DNA of 64,000 nucleotides from Gemmatimonadales bacterium (GCA_038319245.1 JBBQDB010000001.1:2679-66678); one strand, 5' to 3'; shown: positions 9,614-20,567, counted from the stretch's first letter. A program made the numbers and translations. The notes: generated from the sequence alone by a model not told the origin.

Positions 9614-11233
9614 TCAGTCCGCGCCGAGCAACAGCCGCTTTTCGAGCGCGGCGTACCGTGCCGGACCATCGCGATCGGGCACGAGCAGCGACACCACGAT
9701 GCCGGTCAGAAACGACAACGGGATCGACACGAGTGCGGGGTTCTTGAGTGGGAAACTCGCCGTGGTGTGATGCAGCAGGTCGATTTGCACCGCTGGCGAG
9801 AGCGCGATCAGCGTGAGCGTGGCGATGGTCCCGATGACCATGCTCGACGCGGCGCCCGCGGTGCTGGTTCGGCGCCAGAAGACGCTGAGCACCAAGGCCG
9901 GGAAGTTGGCGCTCGCCGCAATCGCGAAGGCCAAGCCAACCATGAAGGCAACGTTCTGACCCTTGAAGGCGATGCCGAGCGCCATCGCGACGAGAGCCAG
10001 ACAGACCGTCGCGATGCGCGCCACGAGCAGCTCTTCGCCGGGCTTGGGCTTGCCGCGACGGATCACTGACGACCACAAGTCGTGCGAGATTGCGGCCGCG
10101 CCAGACAATGCGAGCCCCGCGACGACCGCGAGAATGGTGGCGAAGGCAACCGCTGCGATGAAGCCGAGGAACGGGCGTCCACCGAGCAGCTGGGCCAGCA
10201 TCGGGGCCGCCATGTTGCCGCCGGCGTCGACGGCTTTGATCGCGCTCGGCGTGAGGAGCACCATCGCGCCGAAGCCAAGAACGAACGTCATCAGATAGAA
10301 CATCCCGATGAGACCGGTCGCGATAAACACCGATTTGCGCGCCGCCTGCGCGTCGGGCACGGTGTAAAAGCGCATCAGGATGTGTGGGAGCCCCGCGGTG
10401 CCGAACATCAGCGCCAGCCCGAGGGAAATCGCGTCGAGCGGATTGGAGACAAGCTTTCCCGGCGCCAGCATGCCCGGGCCGAACTTCGCGGCGGCTTGTG
10501 CGAAGAGCTCGCGCGGATCGAAGTGGAATCGGGCGAGCACCATGATCGCCAGCGCGGCCGCGCCGCCCAGCAGGAGCACGGCCTTGACGATCTGCACCCA
10601 CGTCGTTGCCAGCATGCCGCCAAAGAGGACATAGCCCATCATCGCGATGCCGACGATGACGACCGCTAACTCGTAGGGAATGCCGAACAGCAATTTGATC
10701 AAGCTGCCCGCGCCAACCATTTGCGCGATCAGGTAGAACGCGATCGTCGCCAGCGTCCCGCAGGCGGCGGCGATACGAACGGGGATTGGATCGAGGCGCG
10801 CCGCGACGACGTCCGCGAACGTATAGCGACCGAGATTGCGCAGCGGTTCAGCGATCAGAAAGAGCACCACCGGCCAGCCAACAAGCCATCCGGTACTGTA
10901 GATCAAGCCGTCGAAACCGCTGGTCGACACCAGGCCCGCGATGCCGAGAAACGACGCGGCGCTCATGTAATCGCCGGCGAGCGCGATACCGTTCTGCCCA
11001 GCCGTGACCGAGCGACCGGCGGCATAGAAATCTTCGGTGCTGCTCGTGCGCCGCGCGGCCCAATATGTGATCGCGAGCGTCATCGTGATGAACACCGCGA
11101 AGAACGAGATCGCGACGGGGTCTGGCGTGCCAACGACCATTGTCGGTGCCGCAGTCGCCGTCGCGGCGCCTGCTGGGGCGACCACGGCCGACGTCTGGAG
11201 GATGGCGAGGAGCGACGAGGCGATCGCGCTCAT
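9614..11233 (-). CDS. actP: Cation/acetate symporter ActP (sodium:solute symporter family)
   Basis: AGDYMSAASFLGI, FGTAGLPHILMRFYTVP, AVAFATILAVVAGL; directly downstream of a DUF485 gene, as in yjcH-actP. Confidence 0.9.
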   Translation of the reverse strand: MSAIASSLLAILQTSAVVAPAGAATATAAPTMVVGTPDPVAISFFAVFITMTLAITYWAARRTSSTEDFYAAGRSVTAGQNGIALAGDYMSAASFLGIAGLVSTSGFDGLIYSTGWLVGWPVVLFLIAEPLRNLGRYTFADVVAARLDPIPVRIAAACGTLATIAFYLIAQMVGAGSLIKLLFGIPYELAVVIVGIAMMGYVLFGGMLATTWVQIVKAVLLLGGAAALAIMVLARFHFDPRELFAQAAAKFGPGMLAPGKLVSNPLDAISLGLALMFGTAGLPHILMRFYTVPDAQAARKSVFIATGLIGMFYLMTFVLGFGAMVLLTPSAIKAVDAGGNMAAPMLAQLLGGRPFLGFIAAVAFATILAVVAGLALSGAAAISHDLWSSVIRRGKPKPGEELLVARIATVCLALVAMALGIAFKGQNVAFMVGLAFAIAASANFPALVLSVFWRRTSTAGAASSMVIGTIATLTLIALSPAVQIDLLHHTTASFPLKNPALVSIPLSFLTGIVVSLLVPDRDGPARYAALEKRLLLGAD

Positions 11234-11535
11234 CAACGCTCTCCGTCGTGATGCAGGCGAAGCGCCGCGAGCGCAGGATCGTAGACGCGGTTCGCCCAGC
11301 GCACATACACAAAGGTGAGCACCCACGCGGCCACGATGACCAGCGCGCCCAGTACGATACCAATCGATAGACCGTCCTGAATCTGCGTACCGAGCATTTT
11401 CGGTTGAAACGCGACGAGGGCGATGAAGCCGAAGTAGACACACACCATCAGTGCGGTCAGCGTCGCGGCGATACGCCAGCGGCGAACGGCGAGCGCGCGG
11501 GTGGCGACCGCCGCGGTCGGAGTAGGAGACGTCAT
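11233..11535 (-). CDS. DUF485 / YjcH-like small membrane protein
   Basis: Two TM segments, YFGFIALVAF and YVRWAN..YD motifs; the stop codon overlaps the actP start. Confidence 0.85.
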   Translation of the reverse strand: MTSPTPTAAVATRALAVRRWRIAATLTALMVCVYFGFIALVAFQPKMLGTQIQDGLSIGIVLGALVIVAAWVLTFVYVRWANRVYDPALAALRLHHDGER

Positions 11536-11672
11536 GAGGCGCGAAGGTATGGATGGGGAGTCCACTCGCAAGGGCCGCTCCGGAGAAGGGCAGGAGGCAT
11601 CCATTCGACGGCGAGACAAGTCATATTCGATTGGTTCGCTTGGCCACCACGTTTCCCGTTCCCGTCCCGACT

Positions 11673-12113
11673 GTGACCCAACGCATGGGCATTGCGCTAG
11701 CGAGCTTGATCTCCGGCATCGTTGCGCTGTATCTGCATCTCTGGAAACTCGGCCTCGTCGGATCGCTGGCGTGCACGGGCAGCGGTGGCTGCGAATACGT
11801 GCAGGGCAGTCGCTATGGCTGGTTCTTTGGCGTCGACGTCGCGCTGATCGGGACGATCGGCTATGCGTGCCTGTTCATTGTCTCGCTGGTTGGTACGTCG
11901 CCCAAATCCGAAGACGCGCGCTGGCCGAACACGGTGCTGCAGTGTCTGATCTGGCCGGCGATTTTGTTCACGCTGCGGCTCAAGTATGGCGAGTTCATCG
12001 TGCTCAAAAGCTTCTGTCCGTGGTGCGCGATTTCTGCGGTCGCCATCACGACGTGTGCGGTGCTCGTGACGCTCGACAAGCGACGGCTTGATCGGTTGAC
12101 GATGGCGTCGTGA
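11673..12113 (+). CDS. Vitamin K epoxide reductase (VKOR) family protein
   Basis: Loop cysteines C-TGSGG-C followed by the conserved Ser (VQGS), FCPWC redox motif, four TM segments. Start is GTG 11673 or ATG 11685. Confidence 0.85.
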   Translation: MTQRMGIALASLISGIVALYLHLWKLGLVGSLACTGSGGCEYVQGSRYGWFFGVDVALIGTIGYACLFIVSLVGTSPKSEDARWPNTVLQCLIWPAILFTLRLKYGEFIVLKSFCPWCAISAVAITTCAVLVTLDKRRLDRLTMAS

Positions 12114-12267
12114 GTTTGATCGTGGTGCATGTGCGAGTGGGCATCGCGACGCTTCCGCACGATGAGACCAGCTTTTCGGCCCAGCGTCGAACGATCTCGT
12201 CGCGCAATCGGCAGCGGTCAGCATGCGAACAAGATGAACGGTTCCTGCGGAACGCTGTCGAAGTCAC

Positions 12268-14162
12268 TCACGGGTTGTCCTCCGCGATTTTCGTCTTCGC
12301 GAGTAGTGCTTTGAAGCGCGGATCACGCGCCGCCGGCGACCTGTTGAAAAATAATTTCAACGGCGCCATCCAGATCACGTGCGCCGCATGCGCGCGATCC
12401 AAGTCACGAAACATGCCGTCTAGGTCGCCCGATTTCTCGCGCCACCGCGCCGCTTCATACGGCGAGTTGAGGTTGTCGAACGTCGCGATCTGCACCCGGA
12501 TTGCCGCCTCACGTCCACCGGACTGCCATGCACGACGCAGCAAGGCGGTCGGTGCGCCAGCAAGTTCAGAGCTCGCGACCAAGCGTTCTTGCATCGCCAA
12601 AAACCGAGTGGAGTCGCCGTTGTCGATGAGAAGGCTGACGATCTGTCGTAGCGCGTGTGGCTGCGAGGGATCCAAGGCCAACGCCTGATCGAGCAAGCGC
12701 ATAGCGTCGGCGTCATCGCCACGCCGAAACGCCATAAATCCGAGAGTCGCGAGGGCCGCACTGGACACTGGGTCCAACTCGCGTGCACGCTCCGCGACAC
12801 GCTGCGCATCAGGAAACCGTCCAAGTACATCCAGCACATCGCTGTACCACTTGTACGTCGTGCTGTCGTTGGGACCGTGAGCGATTGCTTGCTGAAATGC
12901 GCTGTCGGCCGCTGGCCAGTTCCAGTCGAGTACATACAACAGGTACGCCTGTGTTGCGCGCGCTTCGACTAAGTCCGGCGCAAGCACGAGCGCGCGATTC
13001 ACTGCCTGCCGAGACGCCGTGAGCGTCGGCACTGTCGGCACTTTCGGCACTGTCGGCACATTGGACTAGAACGCTCGCACCAAATACGCGTCGGCGAGTC
13101 CAGCCCATGGTTGCGCAAACGTCGAATCGCGCGCGATGGTCTGCCTGAACAACGCGATAGCGCGCGTGACGTCCGGAGTGGTGCGCTTGGTCTGAAAGAA
13201 GCGGCCCTGCAAATACAAATCGTACGCTTGTGGATCGGTGGTTGTCGTCGCGCCGCCGTAGACGCTTGTCGCCTACACCTTGCCCTTGAGGGCGGTGATC
13301 AGGGCGCGCGTGACTTCGTCTTGCACGGCAAAGATGTCTGCTGCGCTACGGTCAAATGTATCCGACCATTGACTCACGCCGTCGCTGGTGTTCACGAGCT
13401 GCGCCGTAATGCGTAACTTATCGCCTGCGCGTTGTACGCTGCCGGTGAGCACGGTCGCAACACGGAGCCTTGCACCGATGTCCCGCACATCAATGTTCTG
13501 CGCGGTCGCCCCACTATGCGGCGGTTCGCCCGTGAACATTTCGTACGTCATCGCGCCGAGCGCATACTGATCGCTGCGTGCATCGACGGCGCGTTCACCC
13601 GCGGCCTGCTCGGGACTCATGTAGTTGGGTGTGCCCAACGAGAGCCCCGTTTACGTGATGCGGTCGCCACCAACGTTGGCGACGGCCTATCAATGCCGAA
13701 ATCGGCAATGATGGGCTGCCCGGCCTGCAGCAGAATATTTTCGGGCTTGAGATCACGATGCACGACACCGGTAGCGCGTGCGTAGTCCAACGCGGCCGCC
13801 AACAATCCGACGATGCGCAGCACCTCGTCCATCGGCATTTGCTGCTCACGGCTCATGCGGGCGCGCAACGTTTCGCCGTCGATGAAGGGCATGACGTAAA
13901 ACAGTTACCCGTCGGCGCTGCCCGAGTCGAACAACGGCAACACATTCGGATGCCGCAAATTGGCGGTGACTTTGACCTCGGCGAGGAACCGTTCGGCGCC
14001 GAGCGCCGCACCGAGTTCCGGCTTGAGCACTTTGATTGCGACGAGGCGATCGTGTTTCAGGTCGCTCGCGAGGTACACCGTCGCCATGCCGCCGGCGCCG
14101 AGCTCGCGGTCGATGGTGTAGCTACGGCTAAGTGCGGCGGAGAGTTTTGTCAGGTCGCTCAT
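12268..14162 (-). pseudogene. Degraded Ser/Thr kinase + TolB-like + TPR protein
   Basis: Colinear fragments [51 protein letters not shown] and TPRs. Interrupted by TAA 13905, a frameshift near 13690, TAA 13651, TAG 13273, TAG 13066 and an in-frame deletion at about 13497. Confidence 0.88.
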
Positions 14163-14231
14163 TGCCGGCGAACTTGCGCTACGCCGCGGGACGACGCGAG
14201 GTGCGACGATCCGTGAATATGGCGTAGTACC

Positions 14232-15578
14232 TCAGGGCGCGATTGCTGCCCCAGCCGCGAGAGATTTCACGTAGAGCTGGAAGACGCCGCTCGGCGGGCG
14301 GGGTGTCACCAGATTGGACGCGCTGGACCCGAACGCGACACGCGCGCCATTTCGCGAGATCACTGCGCCCGTTGAACTGCCGTTGCTCGGTGTGCCACTA
14401 CCGTTGCTACTAACGACCGTCTCCGCACCGGTGCTGACGTCCCGCACAAATATCCGGGAATCGTAACCACTGTAAGTCCGCGAGAACACGACCAGGCGTG
14501 CGTCACCGGAAATCACGGCGGTGGTGCCGCCGTCGACATCGCGCAGGACCAGTGTCAGTGCGCCCGAGCTGAGGTTCTTCAGGTAGAGCCCCGCGTCACC
14601 AAGGCTACTGAGCTGACCGGTGCCGAATGACAGCTGCGTGTTGGAGACGAACGACGGATTCCAGTACGTGCTACCGCCGACTGCCGGCGTTCCTGTACTG
14701 CTGCTCGACGCGAGTACCACGGTGTTGTCGTGGAGATTCATTACGAACAGGTCAGGCCTGCCGTTCGTATCGCCTGAGGCGAGCGTGGACGATGACGAGA
14801 CGAAGGCAATGCGCGTGCCATCGGGGGATATCGCAAACCGACTTCCCACCACCTCTCCGTTGGCGACGTTACCGTTGTCGGTTGGCAGCGTGACAAGGGA
14901 GCTCGTGTTGAGGTCTCTCAGCATCAGCCGTGCGGGAACGGCGTTCGCATACTGGTACGCACCGAGATACAGCTGTGCCGGTACGGTCATGAACACGACG
15001 CTTCTACCGTCGTCGGAAAGAACCCCGCCGAAGAAGCCAGTGACCTGCGGTACCGAGCCAATGGCTGGCGAAACCTGCGTCAACGCGCCGGTCTGCGTGT
15101 TCTTCACGAACACGGTGCCAGCGCCGTTGCCGGAATTGAACGCCACGACCCGACCGTCCGGTGTCATCGTCGTTCCGAGACAATTGCCACCGGCCGCTAA
15201 CTGCGCGCCGCTCGAGCCGGTCGTGATGCGAGTGGTAATGCCGGTGGTCAGATTTCTGAGAAAGAGGTCGGATGCGCCATTCGTGTCACCGTTCACGAGA
15301 TCTGACGCGTCACTCGCAAAGAGGAGGAGCGTCCCGTCGGCGGACAGACTGCAGGTGGTACTACTGATCTTCGCGGCGGCGCCGGCGCGCGTTGTACTAG
15401 CCAGTTGCACGCTGCCGCTCGATGCGGTCACGCTCGCCGCCGATCCCCGACGAATCGCATCCGTCGCCGGCTCGACGGCGGTGGGCGAGATGACCTCGCC
15501 GGCGCATGCGGTAATCACCGAGAGTACGGCGAAGCTCAACGTTGCGCGTAGTGGCTGGGGGGAAAAGCGTCGATTCAT
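14232..15578 (-). CDS. TolB/PD40-like beta-propeller lipoprotein
   Basis: Lipobox ITA-C; repeated S(A/P)DG..(V)AF.S blades and D-TNG-x-x-DLF motifs. Confidence 0.8.
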   Translation of the reverse strand: MNRRFSPQPLRATLSFAVLSVITACAGEVISPTAVEPATDAIRRGSAASVTASSGSVQLASTTRAGAAAKISSTTCSLSADGTLLLFASDASDLVNGDTNGASDLFLRNLTTGITTRITTGSSGAQLAAGGNCLGTTMTPDGRVVAFNSGNGAGTVFVKNTQTGALTQVSPAIGSVPQVTGFFGGVLSDDGRSVVFMTVPAQLYLGAYQYANAVPARLMLRDLNTSSLVTLPTDNGNVANGEVVGSRFAISPDGTRIAFVSSSSTLASGDTNGRPDLFVMNLHDNTVVLASSSSTGTPAVGGSTYWNPSFVSNTQLSFGTGQLSSLGDAGLYLKNLSSGALTLVLRDVDGGTTAVISGDARLVVFSRTYSGYDSRIFVRDVSTGAETVVSSNGSGTPSNGSSTGAVISRNGARVAFGSSASNLVTPRPPSGVFQLYVKSLAAGAAIAP

Positions 15579-15911
15579 GTGGGCTCTCCATTCGATGCGG
15601 CGGTGATGTCGGATCCAGCCAGGAGGTGCTGGCGATACGACGTTGACAGCGGGGGCGCTTTCGCCCCACCGCATGAATCACACGAAAGGGCGACGAACCG
15701 GCTCACGCGTGCGTGCGCGGGTTCGTGAGCGCGGGAAATCGGTGATCGGGATTGCTTGTGACCTAAACCGTCGGCCCGTTTCGCCTCACCTAAGCGGAAG
15801 CCCGAAGCGCCAACATCAAGAAGTCGCGACGTACGATGGAGCAATTGTTTTCGATACGGCACGAGCATTGGCGAGGGTCTTTGGGCGCGCGGGCGCGCGG
15901 GCGCGTCGAGC

Positions 15912-17947
15912 TCAGCCCCGTTTGGCCTTCAGCCTCGCCATGCGCTCCTTGGCCGCTTTCACCGCCGGCTGCAACGACGTATCTGCCTTCTTCCACAGCC
16001 CGATAAAATCGCCGTAACGCTGCAGCGCTTCTTTGGTATGACCGGCGTCCTCGTGTAGCTCACCCAACCGGCGATAGGCCTGCGCCAGCAATCGCGCGTG
16101 TGCGGCATTGGAGAGCATCACGGAGCTCGACGACACGTACTTCTCGTACCAAATAATTGCCGAGTCGCGCTTGCCCATGGCGTCGTAGGCGCGGGCGTAG
16201 TTGGGCCAGGCGCAGGGCACGCAGCTGGTGGAGTCGCCGGCGCGAAATGCGGCCAACGCGCCGGCGCCGTTTTTTTCCGCCAGCAGCACTTCACCGCGCG
16301 CGGTGGCGATTCGCCACCCTTGTGCACGCGCGAGATCGGGGGGCATGCTGGCCGCCCACTCGGTGAGCACGCGCTTGGCGTCGGCCACGCGGCCGGTGGC
16401 GGCGAGGGTGGTCCCGAGCGCGCTGTACTGGCGATCAAGGGGCAGCAGCGCCGCGAGGCGACCATCGCGCAACACCGGGTCGAGGCGCGCCGCGGTGTTG
16501 GCCTCGCCGCCGAACTGGGTGCGAATGAGCGCTTCGGTCACCTCGGAGAGCAGCAGCGAGGCGGTGTCGGTGTTCGTGCGCAGCATGTCGCGCCGCAAGT
16601 CTTCGATGGCGCGCGCCGAGTCGAGCTGACCGGCGGCGACAAGTGCGTTGCGTACCGCGAGTGGTGCCGCCAGCCGTCCACTCGGCGATTGTGCCGCCGC
16701 CAGTCGCAGCGCCGCGATGGCGCGTGTGCTGTCTACGTCGCGCAGCGCAATGGTGAACTCATGCCGCATCTCGCGTACGGTGGCGTTACCGGCGCCAGCG
16801 AGCGAGTCGTAGGGGGCGAGATCGCGGCGGGCGTCGTCCACCTTGCCGGTTTCCCTCAGTGACAGCAGCTAGTTGCGGTCATAGACGCCCGGCGCACGAT
16901 GCGTGGTGTCGCGACCCGTGGCGTAGTACCCGCCCGACAGGTCCGGCCTCCGCATGCCTGAATAGTTGAGCGCGATCTCGTTTTCCCTGGCCCCTCGAAA
17001 CTGACCGGGCTCCGCCAGGGCACCAGCTTCGAGCAGGCGTAGCGCGTTGCCATAGTCGCCGATGTCACGTAGGTATGGTGAGGCCACCAGCGACTTCACC
17101 CATTTCGAGCGCAGTCGATCGCGCAGCATATACGCCTGCCGATTGGCCATGAATCGCTCATGCGGATGCACGCCCGCGTATTGAGGTTGACCGCGAGGGT
17201 CAACCACCCGGGTGCGAAGGTACTATCCAGCGCCACACTCGCGCGGGCTTTCTCTGCGGCCGCGAGGTTGTCGCCGCGGTCCTGCAGCTCAAGTCCTTCG
17301 GTCCACAGTCGCGCGGCTTCCGGCGTGGTGCCAATGAGCTTGCCCGAGGCTTTGTGCCGGCTCACACGAGCGAATGCTGCCACCAACCCTACGCGGTTCT
17401 GCTCGGTGAGTCGCTTGATTGCCTCAGGCACGGCGGCCACATCAGCCGCGGTCAGCTCGACACGAAAGAGGGCACTGTCGTTGACGGTCGCCCGCGCTTC
17501 ACTGCTGAGCAGGAAGCTGCCGCCTACGCGTGCGACCGACGTACTCACCGTGGTGTGTAGCCCGAGATCGCGCGCCATGGCGATGAGCGTATCGCGGCTG
17601 ATCGTGTTTGGTTCGAGCCCCAGCTCGACCGCCATGGAGCTGGCGCGTACTTCGCCCAGGGGCAAAATCCGCTTGTCGCTTTGCGCCGCCTTCAACAACG
17701 CGTCCGCCAAATTCCGGGCTAGCACACTTTCGGCGGGGTCGTGCACGGTGGGCATGAACAGCGCGGCAAGCCGCGTCGAATCGGCGAGCGTGAGCCCGAG
17801 GCGGGCGACGGCATCGTTGCGTTTCACGCGATACGCGTTGCCCCTACCGCGACCGCACCCTGCACGAGCGCGGCACCCACCGCGATGAAAGCGCGACGCG
17901 AGCGCGGGTTGCGGGTTGAGGCAGAACCCGGGTGCCACGTTCGACAC
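15912..17947 (-). pseudogene. Degraded C-terminal (TolB-like/TPR) part of a second kinase-TPR-type gene; the 5' boundary is uncertain
   Basis: Three colinear ORF pieces joined by a frameshift near 17180 and one in-frame TAG at 16869-16871. It ends in the YRRLGELHE...YGDFIGLWKKAD..LQP.V..A..R tail typical of these proteins, and no kinase domain lies upstream. Confidence 0.7.
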
Positions 17948-18538
17948 CTAAGGCGTCTCGGCGTCTCCCACCATGACCGCCAACCAATACGCGAGCTCCT
18001 GTCGGATCGGATAGCCAGGCATCGTCTTCACCACTCGGCCATTTCGGTCAATCGCCACAAACGTGGGCGTACCGGGATAGCGAAAGGTCAGCAACACCTG
18101 ATCAGCGCTGCCGGCGGGACCAATCAATTCGGCACCGGTGAGCTTCTCCTTGGCGAGCATCGGAATGCCCTCGGCAGCGCCCTCGAGCGTCAGGAACTTG
18201 AGACGCGTCAGCTCCCGCCCGCCCGACATCTCGCCCAGGTCCTTGAGTGTGCGCTTGCACCAGCTGCACGTCACCGAGCTGACCATGATGATCGCCGGCT
18301 GTCCCTTGGTGACAAGCGGAATGACCTTGTCGTGCAGGTCGCGCACCTTGAACGTGCCGAGCGACTGCTCAGCGGTGGGCGCAGTCTGCGGTACCGTATC
18401 GCCGGGTAACCGTTGGTGAGCGCTCTCGGTGGCTACATTGGCGGTGTCCGCCGCGGCATGGTCACGACTGCGCGCTGCGACGGCGGCCAGTGTGCCGACG
18501 GACAGTGCGACCGCCACCCAGAATTGAGAACGAGGCAT
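17948..18538 (-). CDS. Exported thioredoxin-fold (TlpA/ResA-like) protein
   Basis: Signal peptide, CSWC motif, cis-Pro loop GTPTFVAIDRNG. Confidence 0.8.
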   Translation of the reverse strand: MPRSQFWVAVALSVGTLAAVAARSRDHAAADTANVATESAHQRLPGDTVPQTAPTAEQSLGTFKVRDLHDKVIPLVTKGQPAIIMVSSVTCSWCKRTLKDLGEMSGGRELTRLKFLTLEGAAEGIPMLAKEKLTGAELIGPAGSADQVLLTFRYPGTPTFVAIDRNGRVVKTMPGYPIRQELAYWLAVMVGDAETP

Positions 18539-19418
18539 GTCGAAAGATCACCCTGCGCCCACGGTGCCGGTAGCGGACGCGCCGGTCGAACACGAGCCGG
18601 TTGCGAATGAGCCGGTGTCGCATAAGCCAGTCGCGGGTGCTGCGGTGCCGCCGCAAAAGCTTGGCGCGCTCGATCTCGAAGCGCACCTGCGCGACCCGTC
18701 ACGCAAACAAGCGTTCGTGACACCGATGTTCGACATCATTGCTCCGCGCTACGACGCGTTCACGCGGTTGTTCTCGTTTGGCATGGATGCGTCGTGGAAG
18801 CGCGACGCGCTCGTAGCCATCGTGCGTGGCGCGCGTACCGCGTCCGACGCGCTGGATCTGGCATGCGGCACTGGAGATCTCGCGGTCTCGATTGCGCGCG
18901 CGTTGCCGAATGTGCATGTGACGGCGCTGGACGCATCGCCCAAGATGATCGACGAGGCCAACGCGCGATTGGCCGACGCCGCGCGAGATGCGGAGATCGC
19001 GACACGCGTGACTACGATGGTGGGCGACATGGCGGCGATCGCACTGCCTACGGCCAGTATGGACTTGGTCACAGCGGGCTACGGCGTGCGCAATGTGCCA
19101 GATCCCGCGCAGTCGGTGCGTGAAATGGCGCGCGTGATGCGACCGGGGGCCTTGTTGGTAACCCTCGACTTCTATCGGCCCGCGTTTGCGCCGTGGCGCG
19201 CGCTGCTGCTGTGGTATCTGTCGGTGGCGGGGAATGCGGTGGGGTGGTGGTGGCACCGTGATCCGATCGTCTACGGATATATCGCGCGCAGCATCGACAC
19301 GTTCATGAGTTGGCAGCAGTTCAGCGCGTTGCTCGAGCGCGAAGGGTTTCGTGTGGAGCGGGTGACAACGCACTTGGGTGGTGGTATCGCGGTGCACGAG
19401 GCTCGGCGCATCGGTTAA
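18537..19418 (+). CDS. menG: UbiE/MenG-family quinone C-methyltransferase (start uncertain)
   Basis: MFDIIAPRYDAFTRLFSFGMDASWKR, LDLACGTGD, YGVRNV, EMARVMRPG. Confidence 0.8.
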   Translation: MSKDHPAPTVPVADAPVEHEPVANEPVSHKPVAGAAVPPQKLGALDLEAHLRDPSRKQAFVTPMFDIIAPRYDAFTRLFSFGMDASWKRDALVAIVRGARTASDALDLACGTGDLAVSIARALPNVHVTALDASPKMIDEANARLADAARDAEIATRVTTMVGDMAAIALPTASMDLVTAGYGVRNVPDPAQSVREMARVMRPGALLVTLDFYRPAFAPWRALLLWYLSVAGNAVGWWWHRDPIVYGYIARSIDTFMSWQQFSALLEREGFRVERVTTHLGGGIAVHEARRIG

Positions 19419-19457
19419 CCCTCCTTTACCGCTCTGTCGTTTGCTTATCTTTGCATG

Positions 19458-20567
19458 ATGTCACACACTTCCATTGCGATTATCGGTGCCGGCCTCGCCG
19501 GGCTGCATACGGCTCGCTTGCTGCGCGCCGCCAACATCGACTTCGTGCTCATCGAGGCTCGCGATCGAATCGGCGGGCGGATTCTCTCTGCAGACGATGA
19601 CGGTCGGCCGAGCGACGACGGATTCGACCTTGGTCCCTCATGGTTCTGGCCACACTCGCAGCCGGCGATCGCCAACCTGATCGACGAACTCGGCTTATCG
19701 TCGTTTGCGCAATACGGCGACGGCGACGTGATCTTCGAGCGCATGTTGCGCGAAGGGCCCCAACGCTATCACGGCGACCCGGAGCAGCCGCGCAGCTTTC
19801 GTCTGGCGGGCGGTACCGCATCGCTCGTTCGTGCGCTGGCCAGCGCGTTGCTGCCGGCGCAACTGCAGCTCGGCGCGCAGGTGACCGCGATGACGCTCCG
19901 TGATGATGGAATTGATCTCACCATTCGACGGTCGGATGGACACGAGGAACAGCTCGTTGCCGCACACGTGATCGCTGCAGTGCCGCCGCGGTTGCTCGAG
20001 GCGACGGTGGCGTTCACACCGGCTTTGGATGCACAGAGTGCGCGACGGTGGCGCAGCGCGCCGACGTGGATGGCGCCGCATGCGAAGTTTGTCGCGGTTT
20101 ACGACAGACCGTTTTGGCGTGCGGCCGGACTATCCGGAACTGCGCAGAGCATGGTGGGGCCGATGCCGGAGATTCACGACGCGACCACCGCATCGGAACA
20201 CGCGGCACTTTTTGGATTCGTCGGCGTGAGCGCTGATCAGCGCGCGGTGCTCGGTGATCACGCGTTGACCCGCGCCTGCATCGAGCAATTCGCGCGGTTG
20301 TTCGGGGCCGAGGCGCTGCATCCACGTGCGACGTTGCTGAAGGACTGGGCGGCTGACCCACTCACTGCAACTGCGACAGACCGCGTGGCGACAGGACATG
20401 TCACGGCGGACAAAACGCCGTGGGTGACTGGGCACTGGCAGGCACGGCTCGCGCTCGCGGGAAGCGAGACCAGTCCGATTGAACCGGGCTATCTGGCGGG
20501 CGCGGTCGTCGCGGCCGCACGCGCTGTGGACGAGACGCTCCGGAAGGGGCTCGCGTCAAACGTGTAA
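19458..20567 (+). CDS. Flavin monoamine oxidase family protein
   Basis: IIGAGLAGL, EARDRIGGR, DLGPSWFW, AGSET...GYLAGA. TATCTT-N6-ATG supports the start at 19458. Confidence 0.88.
   Translation: MSHTSIAIIGAGLAGLHTARLLRAANIDFVLIEARDRIGGRILSADDDGRPSDDGFDLGPSWFWPHSQPAIANLIDELGLSSFAQYGDGDVIFERMLREGPQRYHGDPEQPRSFRLAGGTASLVRALASALLPAQLQLGAQVTAMTLRDDGIDLTIRRSDGHEEQLVAAHVIAAVPPRLLEATVAFTPALDAQSARRWRSAPTWMAPHAKFVAVYDRPFWRAAGLSGTAQSMVGPMPEIHDATTASEHAALFGFVGVSADQRAVLGDHALTRACIEQFARLFGAEALHPRATLLKDWAADPLTATATDRVATGHVTADKTPWVTGHWQARLALAGSETSPIEPGYLAGAVVAAARAVDETLRKGLASNV

Noticed and set aside
12268-17947. In-frame TAG/TAA stops as possible recoding or pyrrolysine readthrough
   Set aside because: The stops are of mixed type and come with frameshifts and deletions, and TAG is used as a normal stop by many intact genes here. 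This is pseudogenisation.
11673-18538. VKOR and the CSWC thioredoxin as a dedicated disulfide-bond pair separated by an insertion
   Set aside because: Plausible, but they are convergent, 6 kb apart, and nothing in the sequence links them functionally.
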